The notes under the pieces: generated by a model | Database searches by the model: none | Seen by the model: the letters and a program-made list of their open reading frames with translations, nothing else | Told to the model about the DNA's origin: nothing | Shown: piece by piece, positions 38,790-50,951 of the stretch | Position numbering within the stretch: position 1 is the stretch's first letter | Layout: the number at the start of each line of letters is the position of its first letter | Made by a program: the position numbers and the translations under genes | NCBI GenBank assembly: GCA_964106645.2 | Contig: OZ067041.1 | Strand: one strand, 5' to 3' | Origin: Podarcis pityusensis | Taxonomy: Eukaryota | DNA length: 64,000 nucleotides

Positions 38790-41647
38790 TACTGTATTGT
38801 TGTCCAGGACTGATCATTCATGGTAAGCCAGCAATTTCCCAGGATTGAGGGTGTCTTGATGAAAAACATTGAGCTTGGCAAAGCAAAACTGGTAGAAATA
38901 TGGTCAGGACAGAATTTCCTCGTTTAAACTTTGGTATATAGAACTGTCGCTCACGAATTGGTCACTAAAGCCTAATTCACACAAACAGCTGATGGTGGTG
39001 GCTGTACTGCTTAGAATCACTGAAGTGCTTGACACTGCAAGAAGTTAAGCCTCCTTTGGGTGAAAATGGGAATGGACAAGAGTTGTGTATAAATCAATGT
39101 GTCTGTTACATTATAAACAGTGAATTTAAACCAGCTCCTTGGAAGTATGTATAGGTTAGGCTCATAAAGAAAAACATTTTCCCCATTAAAGGCAACCTCT
39201 GCCAGAGACCCTGAGAAGTAAATTAAAGACATGTAAGTGATGGTTAAAATCTGGAGTGACAGGTATTTTTCCCTTTTGTACTTAGAACCTCTGACATGAT
39301 GCAATGAAAAATGATTAGGGCTTTAGCTTGCAAGAGACGTATAGAAACCTGCATTGCACGCAGCCCTTTTTTCATAGTTTAGTTTGTAACACAAACTGGT
39401 TTTGATAGGAACGTCATTTTGCTCTGTGAACAGAAAATGTGCAGTTGCAGAGTACTGGCGTGCTTTTGAAGAGTTAGCACTTTATAAGGGCTAATGTTAT
39501 CAGCATGTTAAATACTATCTTTAGATTCTAGTTGTGTTGAGCCTACAGTAATCCATCAACATTCCATGGAGAACTTTTGTGAAGAGAAGGTGCTGCCCCA
39601 TTAGTCACAACTGCACACGTGGAACACAGGGGCAACAATTTTTCCGCCTTGTCAGTGACCATGCGGATGATGTTACGTCACGACTCAGCGTTGTTCTCGG
39701 GGGCATTCTGTTATTTAAAAGTTGCTACAACTTTTTAAAGTAGGGTCCAGCATTTACCCTCCTTTGAAGGCTTTGCAAACCGGATGCTGTCTAGGTGCTT
39801 TGAACTAAAACTTTTGTTAGCCACAAGCAGCATCCAGTTGGGGAAAGTTGTTTTACTTAGATGATAGCAGCAATGTTTTAAACTAACATATATATATTTC
39901 TGCCCCCTGCTACTTAATAAACTGCATTACCAAAGTTTGAAACGTTTCGTTTCAAACATACTGGCCCATTTCAGACGATGGCTGGCACCAGAGATCAGTA
40001 ACTTCATCCAGTTTCTTGACTCCTCTTGATGAAGATCCATGCAGGTGAGAAACAGTGCATACTATTTTGAACCTGCCCAAGTGCATGATCCATACTGACA
40101 GTGCCTTTCGCAGAATGCTAATGTACTGAATGTTGAATGGGAGCACCCTGAACGCTGATATACTCCATTCTCTTGTGAGAATTCCTTCCTTAGTTCCATT
40201 TCCATCTTCAACCATGGGATAGCATTACAAACACATATTTTTGGCAGGAATCAGCTGCACCAGCGAGCAGTGACTACAAGTCCAACTTTCAGAAGAGATT
40301 GGCTCTACTTGGGAGCTCAGATAGGAAACACTAGAATGTAGCCAATCCCAGCGGGGCTTGCATTTGATGCCAGATTTGGAAAGTGATAAGGCTTCCAGTT
40401 TTTCCTTTGCATCCAAGTCTTTGTACAGCTCACACGTAATGTCACACGTTGTCAGGTGTGGCTTGGTGAAAACAGCATTTCCAGGGCCAAATTAAAGACT
40501 CTGTTGGGTCTAAGTGGGCCCGTGTGCCAGAGGTTCCCTATGCTCTGACACTTCTGAGTCTCAGAAAAATAATGATCCATTTTTTTCCCTTTCCTGTATT
40601 TCAGTATTTGCATATTTCTTCTTCATCATCACCAAGTATTTTATAAAAAAAACTGTGTTGGAATTGCATCTGTTTGAATTGCAATTGTGACTGTTTGGAG
40701 GAATAGAACTTTAGTGGCCTCCCCCGCCCCCATATTGGTAAAATGGCAATAACTTCCTTGGTGTGATAGATTCTGTTAATGTTGCAGCCAAAAGACCAGC
40801 TTGAATGGATCTGAGCTAACCTGCTGGTGTCAAATGTAATAGGCATTTGTATAAAACTGTGCATAACATTCAACTGTAGAGTAAAAAAATCCATTCTGCA
40901 CGGACTGAGCTGAAATATTTCTGTCGGGTGCTAGGCTGAGACTCCTTTGGCTGGGGCCCTAGATAAAGATAGTAGACTCTATTTATAGTTAATAGCTATT
41001 TAGAAAAAAAGGAAAGATTTTTGTGTGTGTTATTTGTGTAACATTTTCATTGGTTTACCCTAAAGATATATACTAGATGATAATAAAGTAATAAAAGATT
41101 GTTTTCACAGCTGTTTGTCTTTGATTACAGATTTCTTTGAAGTACTGCAATAAGACAGACTTTGAACCTGGAAAGAGATCAAATAATGAATTGTTCTGCT
41201 TTGTGAAGCTTAAGAAGGGATTTTATTGTTGAAACATATAGTGCAACATTTTTTTTCCCCTTACAGTTAAATAATGGTTGAAAGTACTATGAGATCATTA
41301 CAGATGGACTAGATTAAAGGGCTTGAGGCCAAACATTAGGAAATGCTGAAGAAGAAAAGATAGTTTTGTAAAATTTGCAATTGCTAAATATTTTTGTTTT
41401 CTTTTAAGTCAAAATGAAAGTTCAAGAGAGTCAACATTTTAGCATTCTTGTAAGAAATTAAACTAATAAGTGAGCAAGTGGCTCATCTGGGAATTTTTAA
41501 AAGCACATATAATTCCATTTCAGTTTGTACTTAACTTGACAACATACACAATAGTGCATTTAGCTGTAAATATCAAAGAGAAAAAACAGAAGTATTAAAA
41601 TGTGCTTTGGATGAAAAGAATAGTATGCTTTGGGATGTGATTAATTT

Positions 41648-41755
41648 ATTTTATTGACATCCTGGCTTTTCCTCAAAGAATTCAAAGGGGAAGTGTGGGT
41701 TGGTTCACATCATCTTATGCTAGCAACAAACCCTGCCAGGTAGGCTGGACTGTGA
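41648..41755 (-). mobile_element. MIR/CORE-like SINE remnant
   Basis: TTTATT tail ... CAACAAACCCTGCCAGGTAGGCTGGACTG pattern. Confidence 0.4.
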
Positions 41756-42290
41756 AGTAATTAACAACATGCAGTGACAAAAGTGAGAGTGAGTTGTACA
41801 TATTTCTTCTTTCTCTCAAAGAACACCCATATAATTATATCCATTATACTGTAATTATGCATTATTTGATGAATTCATCTGGTATATCAACATATAAAAT
41901 GTTAAGATACAGAGCTTGTTATGCTGCCTTTAGTACTTGTAAGTATGCAATTCAACGTAATAAAGCGGAAAAACATTCTTCAGGTTCACAGTTTATTACA
42001 ATATATTTGGTGACTGCAAGTTACAGTGGAGGAGTATTTCTTCAAACAGTAAATGTTTTGAAGTTCATTATTATATATTTTGGGCAGGCAGAATAACATT
42101 AAACTCTCTCTCTGTGTGTGCATATAGGAATCCATTAAACATCTGTGCTTAGCGTATCATTCCCATGAATATAGCTGTTGTGTTATTTAGAGCAAACTTT
42201 TTGCATGTATACAATAGAGAAACCTTTCAAGGAATGGTTTCAATGGCAGCATCAGACAAAGGAATATTGTAACTTTAGAGATTTTTATGA

Positions 42291-42647
42291 NNNNNNNNNN
42301 NNNNNNNNNNNNNNNNNNNNNNNNNNNNNNNNNNNNNNNNNNNNNNNNNNNNNNNNNNNNNNNNNNNNNNNNNNNNNNNNNNNNNNNNNNNNNNNNNNNN
42401 NNNNNNNNNNNNNNNNNNNNNNNNNNNNNNNNNNNNNNNNNNNNNNNNNNNNNNNNNNNNNNNNNNNNNNNNNNNNNNNNNNNNNNNNNNNNNNNNNNNN
42501 NNNNNNNNNNNNNNNNNNNNNNNNNNNNNNNNNNNNNNNNNNNNNNNNNNNNNNNNNNNNNNNNNNNNNNNNNNNNNNNNNNNNNNNNNNNNNNNNNNNN
42601 NNNNNNNNNNNNNNNNNNNNNNNNNNNNNNNNNNNNNNNNNNNNNNN
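42291..42647. other. Assembly gap
   Basis: Run of N. Confidence 1.
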
Positions 42648-43060
42648 AACTTTAAAAAACTGTGCAAAACACACACACTAAAATGCTTCAACAAAAGTGT
42701 TTCTTTGTTGCTTTAACCATACTCATGGCTTTATAAAGACTGCATTGTCTATGGTTTGGTGCATTTAATTAAGGGATATTAATTACTTAAAGGAAAGGTT
42801 TGTCCCTTTTAGAAAGCACTTTTATATTTCTCTTGGAGGGAAAGTAGCGAGTGAACTATAGCAGGGATCAGCATATTTGAACATGTCAAATTTCATTGCT
42901 AATTGCCGTGTGCTCTGTTCAGCACTGTGATAGGTGGGAACAACTAGAAAATCTTTCCACAAATATATCTACTTTTATAGCATAATGCAATCAATCTGTT
43001 TTAATAAATTATTACTAATCTGTTTTTGAATGACCTTTCACAACTTCAGCTATAAAATAT

Positions 43061-43483
43061 TAGCCAATTCTACATGTCACACTAAGCCAAACCATGGTTT
43101 TGTGTGAATGCATGGGCTCCAGGAACGAAGATTGCAGCCTCTTTGCTTCTTACCAATCACATTGCTTCTGTGCAGTGCCAAGCCATATCCTGGCTCAGTG
43201 TGCTAACTAATTCCAGGCTTGTGGTTTAGCTCTCGGGGACAAAGCATGCACGGTCAACTGTAGTACACAACTTGGTTTCTGCTAATAGTACGTTTGGAGA
43301 AAACTAAACCATGATCCCGGGTGTGGAGGAGGCACTTAAGTCAAGCCATGGTTTATCTCATTGCAGTGGAAAAGCAGAACAACAAGGGAAGAGTAGAGCA
43401 GCTACAACTTCTCTTTGGGAGCCCACACACTTGTGTGTTTGCGAAGCCATGGGTTGTCTTAACATGACACATAAACCAGGCTA
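43061..43483. mobile_element. Palindromic non-autonomous element (AAACCATGGTTT family)
   Basis: Arms TAGCC..CATGTCACACTAAGCCAAACCATGG / CCATGGGTTGTCTTAACATGACACATAAACCAGGCTA. Confidence 0.5.
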
Positions 43484-43565
43484 GTGCACCACAAAGTTGC
43501 CTTGAACTATATGAGTAATACTTTATGAACTAAACTAGCTGATGAATTTTGTCAACTGGGTTGGT

Positions 43566-43917
43566 AAAGGTAAAGGGACCCCTGACCATTAGGTCCAGTC
43601 GTGGCTGACTCTGGGGTTGCGGCGCTCATCTCGCTTTATTGGCCGAGGGAGCCGGCGTACAGCTTCCGGGTCATGTGGCCAGCATGACTAAGCTGCTTCT
43701 GGCGAACCAGAGCAGCGCACGGAAACGCTGTTTACCTTCCCGCCGGAGCGGTACTTATTTATCTACTTGCACTTTGACGTGCTTTTGAACTGCTAGGTTG
43801 GCAGGAGCAGGGACCGAGCAACGGGAGCTCACCCCGTCGTGGGGATTCGAACCGCCGACGTTCTGATCGGCAAGTCCTAGGCTCTGTGGTTTAACCCACA
43901 GCGCCACCCGCGTCCCA
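43566..43917 (-). mobile_element. Full-length Sauria SINE
   Basis: Reverse-complement homologue of 38434-38789; perfect 15-bp TSD GTCAACTGGGTTGGT (43551-43565 and 43918-43932); CpG-rich, so probably young. Confidence 0.95.
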
Positions 43918-46693
43918 GTCAACTGGGTTGGTGACTGTTAAAAACGGTGATAAATTCCTAACCAGGTATTAAGTTGGAAAAGAAGATTATGCCGGCTAAT
44001 ACGGAGAATGCATACTGACCTTCAGCATTGTGCCACAAAAATCAATTTCACGTTAGGCTTCAGGAATCCTTGGATCAGATTCCCATCTGGAGTGGAAGGA
44101 TCTGAGATGGTGGGCTTCTGTCTTTTTAATAGCTGTGTAAAACTTCAGCAGGTTCACCTTTTCTCACTCCCATATAATGAGTTGCACCTGCTGTAACACC
44201 TTCCTGTATATTGCTTTTACAAGTATAGGAGGTGACTCCCCCTTATCCCTTCTCGTTTGCTTGCATCAGAAGGAGCCATATCCATTGCTGCTGGTTGTAC
44301 TTTTTCGCAGTTCAGCTAGGAAACCAATTTCAAATCTCACTGCAGCTGCATGGGGACTCAGTCAGATGGGTTCAACTTGCCGCAGCAGACATGCTGTTAG
44401 TGCATGCATGAATCAGTTTCAGGTAAGCCTGTGAGGAACAGAGACAGAAATTTGAAGGTCAGCCTCTAGATTGCATTTTATTGTAATAGAAGAAAGCGTT
44501 CTGTTCCAGGTTTGAACACACCTCCAGATAGTCTCCAGAAGTGGTAAAAGAAGAGCATAGAGGCTTTGTACTGACTCCCCACCCTTCTGGGTTTTTTAAA
44601 ATTAAATATGTAAATACATGTTCTGTCTGTGTTTCACAAGAACCTATTTCTTTTCCCCTCCCCTCCCCTTTAGAGGCAGAGGGAAATGTGGGGGGAGAAT
44701 ACACATAATCATCTATGCTTGTTTTCTTAATACTTCTGTGGTACGTCTAACATATCTCAGACTGAAGTCTCAATGTGATATTTTAAAATTATCTCACTAC
44801 CTAAAATGGGCATAAACTTGAAAGCTGCATTTGTGAATTTTGGATTATTTTCTGTCTGCTTTGGTTTATGAGTAGGCGGCTCCTGATTTGAAGCTACTGT
44901 ACCTTCTGTATTTAAGTATAAATAGAGCCTATTTCAAATCTTTCATTTGTGATTGTTGTAATCCAGGTTATTCTGTTTAGAACTTGTTTTTTTTTTAAAG
45001 CATAACTTGTTGGGTAAGTGAGTTTAAACTTGATTCATTCTTTGATGTTAATGAAACACCAATTTATCGGAAGGCCCTGCAGCCCTAATGAGCAGTTTCT
45101 TTAAAAAGCACATTTAATCAAGGTTTATTTTTAACTTGTTTAAACAGATCTAATAGTTTGTGCTGATTTCATTTCAGTATAATAATTGCTAGCAATCCTA
45201 TTAGTAAGTCATGGAACATGGAAGTTAACACAAATTCCATTCTAATGAGGAAAGTAGAGCAGCGAAAACCCTCTTGGCCAAGGAAGGGTTCATGCTAGGA
45301 GTGGAGTGACAGAAGCCCTTGGACGTTCTGCTGACAATGGATTATTTTTGTTTTTATAGGGATGTCAGGCATGAGTGGTTAGTATTTAAGTGGGTTTTAT
45401 TGTTCGTTAGAAGTGAAGCAGTCATACTATGTTGTACAGAGTGAAGCTGAGCAAAGTTAAATTTTGATGTTAGGAAAATATAATGGACCTCTAAGAAAAA
45501 GCCAGATTTGCTTTCCTTGTTCTGCGTTTTCTAATTTGTATTACATTGGGTGGGTGGGGGCTGTGTAGTGTATGTATGTGTGCAACTTTTCGGTATTCTA
45601 TATTTTGCTCTGAATCAGGATTTCAGGAATGCATTAAGTAAGGAATTCCACGAGGTAACAATTGCGAAGTACAACTTTTGCTGCTTCATCGAAGGATCAC
45701 CGGCAGGAAGTGTCAACAGAATATAGGAGAAGTTTAGAAGTATAAGAAGAGAAGAGAATTGGGCTGTAGGGAGGGGCCCCAGTGAAGCCAGTTAGACGTG
45801 TACGATTTGACAGGGCTTTTTAAAATTTCCAGTGCAGTTGGGAGAAACAGTTGGGTCTGACTGGGCTGTAAAAAAAAGCTCAACAACAAAAAACACTCCT
45901 GACTTTACCAGTGTAGGCACTCTGCTGTTGCCTTGTGGGTTGGGATGATGATGCACCCCTTTTCATTTATCTTTGGATTTAACATAGGGTGTATCAGAAT
46001 TGAAAACATTTTAATTCTCATTCACGTCCATCCCCTGCCCTGCCCTGCCCTACCTCATGTAGCCATCAGAACTGTAGTTCTGTAGCGGAAGCCAACTCCC
46101 TTACTGAGATACAATTTTGAAGGTTCTTTCAGAGACCACACCTAAACTGGTATAGATTAATAGATATAAATGTCCATGTTATGTAAATAGTTAATTTCTG
46201 AGGCAGGTTGTGGGTGTGATTGTCTTTGTGCATGTTATCCATTCTCTTTGGGTTAAACAATACCTCCGCAAAGCTGATTTCCTAATGGCATAAAATACTT
46301 TTATTGTACAGTATGGGAAGAACATGGTATCAGTTGCTTGTAGTGCAAGTACAATTTGTGCACAGTTGTTAGTCTGCAATCTCCACTGAAGGCCCACCTT
46401 CCTTTTCATCAGCCTTTGAAACACAGTGTCATTGTGTTCGAACACCTAGGCACTCCAATGTGAATCTGAGAACTAGGAAGTTGGGAATATTTCTGTGCAT
46501 AGGATTATGTGTACACACTGGTTCATTTGATAAAGCCATGAAAATGGTAAGCAAGAAAGAAGACATGCTTACATTAGTGTTTTTGAAAAATGTGATGGTA
46601 GAGTACACATACTTCTGCGGGGAAGCACACATCTATGTCACATATATAGAGTGAGGCAAGAACAGTAACTGGTTGTCAATTAGTTTCTGGACT

Positions 46694-47130
46694 CAGTTCA
46701 AAGCACTGGTGCTAACCTATAAAGCCTTAAACAGCTCAGGATATCACTACTTTCAGGATCATCTCTACCCATATGAACTGACCCCGGACCCATCTGAGGC
46801 CCTTCTCTGTGACCCCCGTCACTGAGAGGTTCGGAGGATGACAACATAAGAACGGTCCTTTTCTGTGGTGGCTCCCTGTTAGTGAGATGCTTTTCCCAGA
46901 GAGGCTTGCCTGCTGCCATCATTGTATATCTTTAGGCACCAGTCGAAAAAATTCCTCTTTATCTAGGTCTTTCGGCCATTAAACAACCCATGTTTGTCCT
47001 TTTAGAAGTGGAAGGATTGTTATTATGAGTTTTCCTTAAATTGTTTAATTGTTATTGTTTTGTTATGTAAGTTATGTGGTACGCTGCCCTTGGATCTTCG
47101 GATATAGGGTGGTATATAATTTGAGTAAAT
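46694..47130 (+). mobile_element. L2-clade LINE 3' fragment
   Basis: Translates QFKALVLTYKALNSSG..YFQDHLYPY (L2 ORF2 C-terminal FK.L.LTYKAL motif), followed by a T-rich 3' UTR. Confidence 0.75.
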
Positions 47131-47214
47131 GATGATGATGTAAAACATCATGGTGAATTATGCCCTAAATATACCCTTAGTGTAGGCTTTGTTTTGTTCT
47201 ACTATTCTAGGTAA

Positions 47215-47410
47215 ACATTAAGGACATTTGAAGCTGCTTTCAGGTCAGTCTGTTCTTCCATCTAGCCCAGTATTATTTACTCTGACTGGCAGTGACAATC
47301 AGAGTCTTGAGCAGAGGCATTTCATACCAGCTGCTATCTGGTCCTTTGAACTGGAGATGCCAGGGATTGAAGCTTCTGCATACAAGGTATTTGCTGTGCC
47401 ACTAAACTAC
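47215..47410 (-). mobile_element. Degenerate tRNA-derived squamate SINE (Squam3-like, tentative)
   Basis: CTGGAGATGCCAGGGATTGAA (reverse B-box context) and CCATCTAGCCCAGTATT CR1-like tail. Confidence 0.5.
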
Positions 47411-48531
47411 AGGTCATTACATCTGGACGATTCCTTAAGAGTGGATAGGATATACTAGAAATAGAAAAGATCTCCAGGGTTTGTGTAAAGGTGATCAATT
47501 CATTCCATAGGTTTGGTGGATAGGACAACTGTGATAATGGCTAATGAGGTATTTTGGGACAATGGGCAAGTACACAAATCTAGCTGTTCCTCCTATGCAT
47601 AAAATGACTTGGGGTGCACACACACAGCCAAAATCCACATTCACTGTGGCACTATGACCGATTATACTGTAAACCACCCTGTGATCCTTGGATAAGGGCG
47701 GTATATAAATTAAGTAAACAAACAAATGTTCTCTCTGGGTAAGCATTGCAACTTGACAGGCAGAATGATCCCACCTCTCCTCCCCCTGTTCTGGGTGTTC
47801 TCCCCCCCCCCCCGGACCAACTTTGGGGAGGAGAGGGAGGGGAAGCCCCATTGCACAAGTCCTTCTTCCGGGCTTCCGCTGACGGAGCTCATTAGGCGAA
47901 TCTTCCTCAATGCAACATGTCATGCATACAGTTGTTTTCCTTGTTTTATTTCCCTGCAGAAGCCCATTAACTGCATGTCTGTATCTGTGCTGCCTGGAAG
48001 GGGTACAAGCAAAGGGAGAAGACTACCAGGCATGCCCTAAGCACAATAGGAGACTGATATGGCAAAAGTGCCAAAGCAAACAGACTTGGGAGGTTGCAGA
48101 TCTGCCGGCATTATACCTGCTTTGCCTGGTAATCTCTATTCTAGAGACTGGGCACCAAACCAGAATTATATGATTTGGCCTTGGCTGGCTGATTTTCTCC
48201 CCAAAGGAATAACTGGTGCAAGGAAGCCTGAGTCTGTGACGTGGGAGGAAAAGGGGATTTATCTCTGCAGATCATAATCCAGTGGAGCTTTCCTTTGATT
48301 GTGAATAGCAGGTGTGGAGTGGGGAGGAGAGAGAAGGAGGAAGATTCCATAAGGACTGCAGTAGAGGCAAAGGCTTAAAACTCCACTCCCCACACTATGG
48401 TCCCACTTTCCCATGACAGCCAAGTAATGATAAACTATGTACCAAACAAAATCCCGAGTGTGGGTAGACAGATGACTGAGATTAGGCATGTAAAACACAC
48501 ACATATGCACATACATCACATGCCACAATTA

Positions 48532-48762
48532 CAGTCATACCTCGGGTTACAGACGCTTCAGATTGTGGTTTTTTTGGGATACTGACCCGCCGAAACCCTG
48601 AAGTACCATAACGGGTTACTTCCGGGTTTCGGCGGTTGTGCATGCGCAGAAGCGCTAAATCGCAACCCGCGTGTGCGCAGACGCGCCGCTGCGGGTTGCA
48701 AACGCTGCGGGTTGCAAATGTGCATCCTGCACGGATCATGTTCGCAACCCGAGCGTCCACTG
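48532..48762. mobile_element. Tc1/mariner (Tigger-like) MITE
   Basis: TA|CAGTCATACCTCGGGTT...AACCCGAGCGTCCACTG|TA; CpG-rich body with GCGGGTTGCAAA repeats. Confidence 0.85.
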
Positions 48763-50094
48763 TATGTTCTTTACTCAGCCAGTGCCTTCACACGCATTGA
48801 TGTTCTACCTCCATGTACTCGATTTCATGATGAATATATGCAGTGGCCTTGTGTCAATTATTTTGATGCATTGGAGTAAATATATAATTCAACGCACATG
48901 GCTACATAAATCCAGCTGAAGCTTAAAAATAATGCTGATTAGTATCAACACTGTTACTTAGCAGTATTTCGTACTGTAAATACAAAGAAAAACAGTAAAA
49001 TAAGTTGGAACTCATCTGTTCACTGACAAATGCATGCTCTAATAAATAATGTCGTCTGGCTGAAGTCTCTTTTTTCTGCCGTAGAAAAACAAATTCATAC
49101 TATTTGTACTTAATGCTGATACACTCTGCTCTCTGAATACTAAGTTGCTATGTATTTACAAATGTGAAAGAACCTGTGGTCCTTTTATGCATCAGGTCGT
49201 CATAGAAACTAATTAACTTTCATTTCTGTGTCAGGGTAAAGTACTGTAATACAGATGTAAATTGTAGTTCAGGAATTATTTGAATGAAACTAGAAGGAGG
49301 AAAGCATCAAAGTCCTTTTAAAAAATCCAGTAGAAATGAGAAATGCACAACACATCATAGCACACAATGCATCACAACATAATAAAATGCTAATAAGGTG
49401 GCAGAAAGAGGATGCTCTACATCAATATGGTACTTGTGGTAAATATGTAGAAAGGAGTTCGTATGTGTGCAGTCCACAAGATAGTAAAATTACAGCAGTT
49501 GGAATTATTCAGCTGATAAATCAGTTCCAGAAGCTCTGATTCAGAGGATTAAGAAGTAGGTATGTAATAAGGTGAGATGCACATACTGTCCATGAGCCAA
49601 GCTACCATGTAACCAAGACCATGGGGGGTTAGAATCATTTTTCTTACAGAGCAGTTCTCCATACTGCATGGCAAGCTGCTCTTGAATCTCTTGGAGACCA
49701 GAGCTCTAGCAAGAGGTTAAAAGATAAGGAGTGACAAAAGAAGACAGAGAGGAGAAAGTCACAGTAGTCAAGAGATGAGGCAGGATCAGTGTGTGAACCA
49801 TAATTTTTAACGTGGGGGTGATTTTGACCAAAACCTGGTGTTAGAGGGTGGAGTCAGAGTTGGAACAGCAGCTGATGCAAGTGCTGAGATAGGGAGATCT
49901 AGGACTGATCCGTGGAGTTATGGAACAGAAGCATTAATCAGCCCAAAAGGGAGCTTTTAGGCCAGGAAAATCCAGAAGAAAGCAGATGAAAAGGTTCTCT
50001 ATGAAAACACTGAGTGAGAGATGTCACCAGAGTTAGCATTTCCTTGACCCAACTTCACTTCAAACCAAATGCCCCTAAGACTAAATAGTAAATT

Positions 50095-50287
50095 GCATTT
50101 TTGTCCTGTATTTCCTCTGAGTATCTCAGAGCAGTATAAATAGTATCCCTTCTCATTTTGTCCTCGGAAGAACTTTGTACAGAAAGTTAGGCTGAGAGAA
50201 GTAGACCTGTCCAATACAGTGACTGAATAGGATTTGAATCTGGATCTTTCCAGTATGTTCCTGACATTATGGCTGAAATTACACCAC
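50095..50287 (-). mobile_element. MIR/CORE-like SINE
   Basis: CATTTTGTCCTC..AGTTAGGCTGAGAGA..GGATTTGAATCTGG (reverse B-box). Confidence 0.55.
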
Positions 50288-50820
50288 TCTGACTCCTCTT
50301 CCACTCCCACCTACATGTTCACCTTGTTGTTTCTGCTGTAACAGCTGGTGTAGCTGCAGGAAGTGAGGGGGATTTAGAATTCTCAGGAAGAAAACTTTCT
50401 CCAGTATCCTTCATAATTCCCTGATTCAAATCAAGCCTAGGGAAATTTGCCCAGGGAAATTCACTTCCTACGATTAGGAATAGAATCCAAGGACAGGGGG
50501 CTGAAAACCTAGGCCATGAAAGGAGTCAATTAGGAGAGCGCGATCAGTTTCACAAAAAACAACCTGGAGTTTTAGGAAGGATGCCAATGGAGATAATGGG
50601 TGATTCTGGTGAGGACTGTTACTTTTGCATGTGTAGGGAACACAAACCAGATTGAAAGTGGGTGTTAGAAACACAGTTCAAGGCACCCTACACAGTGGGT
50701 GGGTGAGTTAGACCTAAGGCAAAGGTCAGGTAGAGAAAGCAGGAGGCAGCTAGGTCAGATCTCTGACAGTAATATTGAAATCTACAAGAAGTATGCTTGA
50801 AGTATGCTTAAGGAACTCAT

Positions 50821-50951
50821 GATGGCTCAGTCAGTAGAGCATGAGACTCTTAATCTCCGAGTTGTGGGTTCAAGCCCCACGTTGGGCAAAAGATTCCTGC
50901 TCTGCAGAAGGTTGGAGCCTCCAGGTCTCTTTCAACTCCACAATTCTATGA
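50821..50951 (+). mobile_element. tRNA-Lys(CTT)-derived SINE with CR1-like tail
   Basis: GCTCAGTCAGTAGAGCATGAGACTCTTAATCTCCGAGTTGTGGGTTCAAGCCCCACGTTGGGC is close to vertebrate tRNA-Lys-CTT but lacks the 5' acceptor strand; ends TTCAACTCCACAATTCTATGA. Confidence 0.85.

Noticed and set aside
50821-50888. Functional tRNA-Lys gene
   Set aside because: The 5' acceptor strand is missing, it runs into a CR1-like tail, and two degenerate homologues in the window show it is a SINE head.
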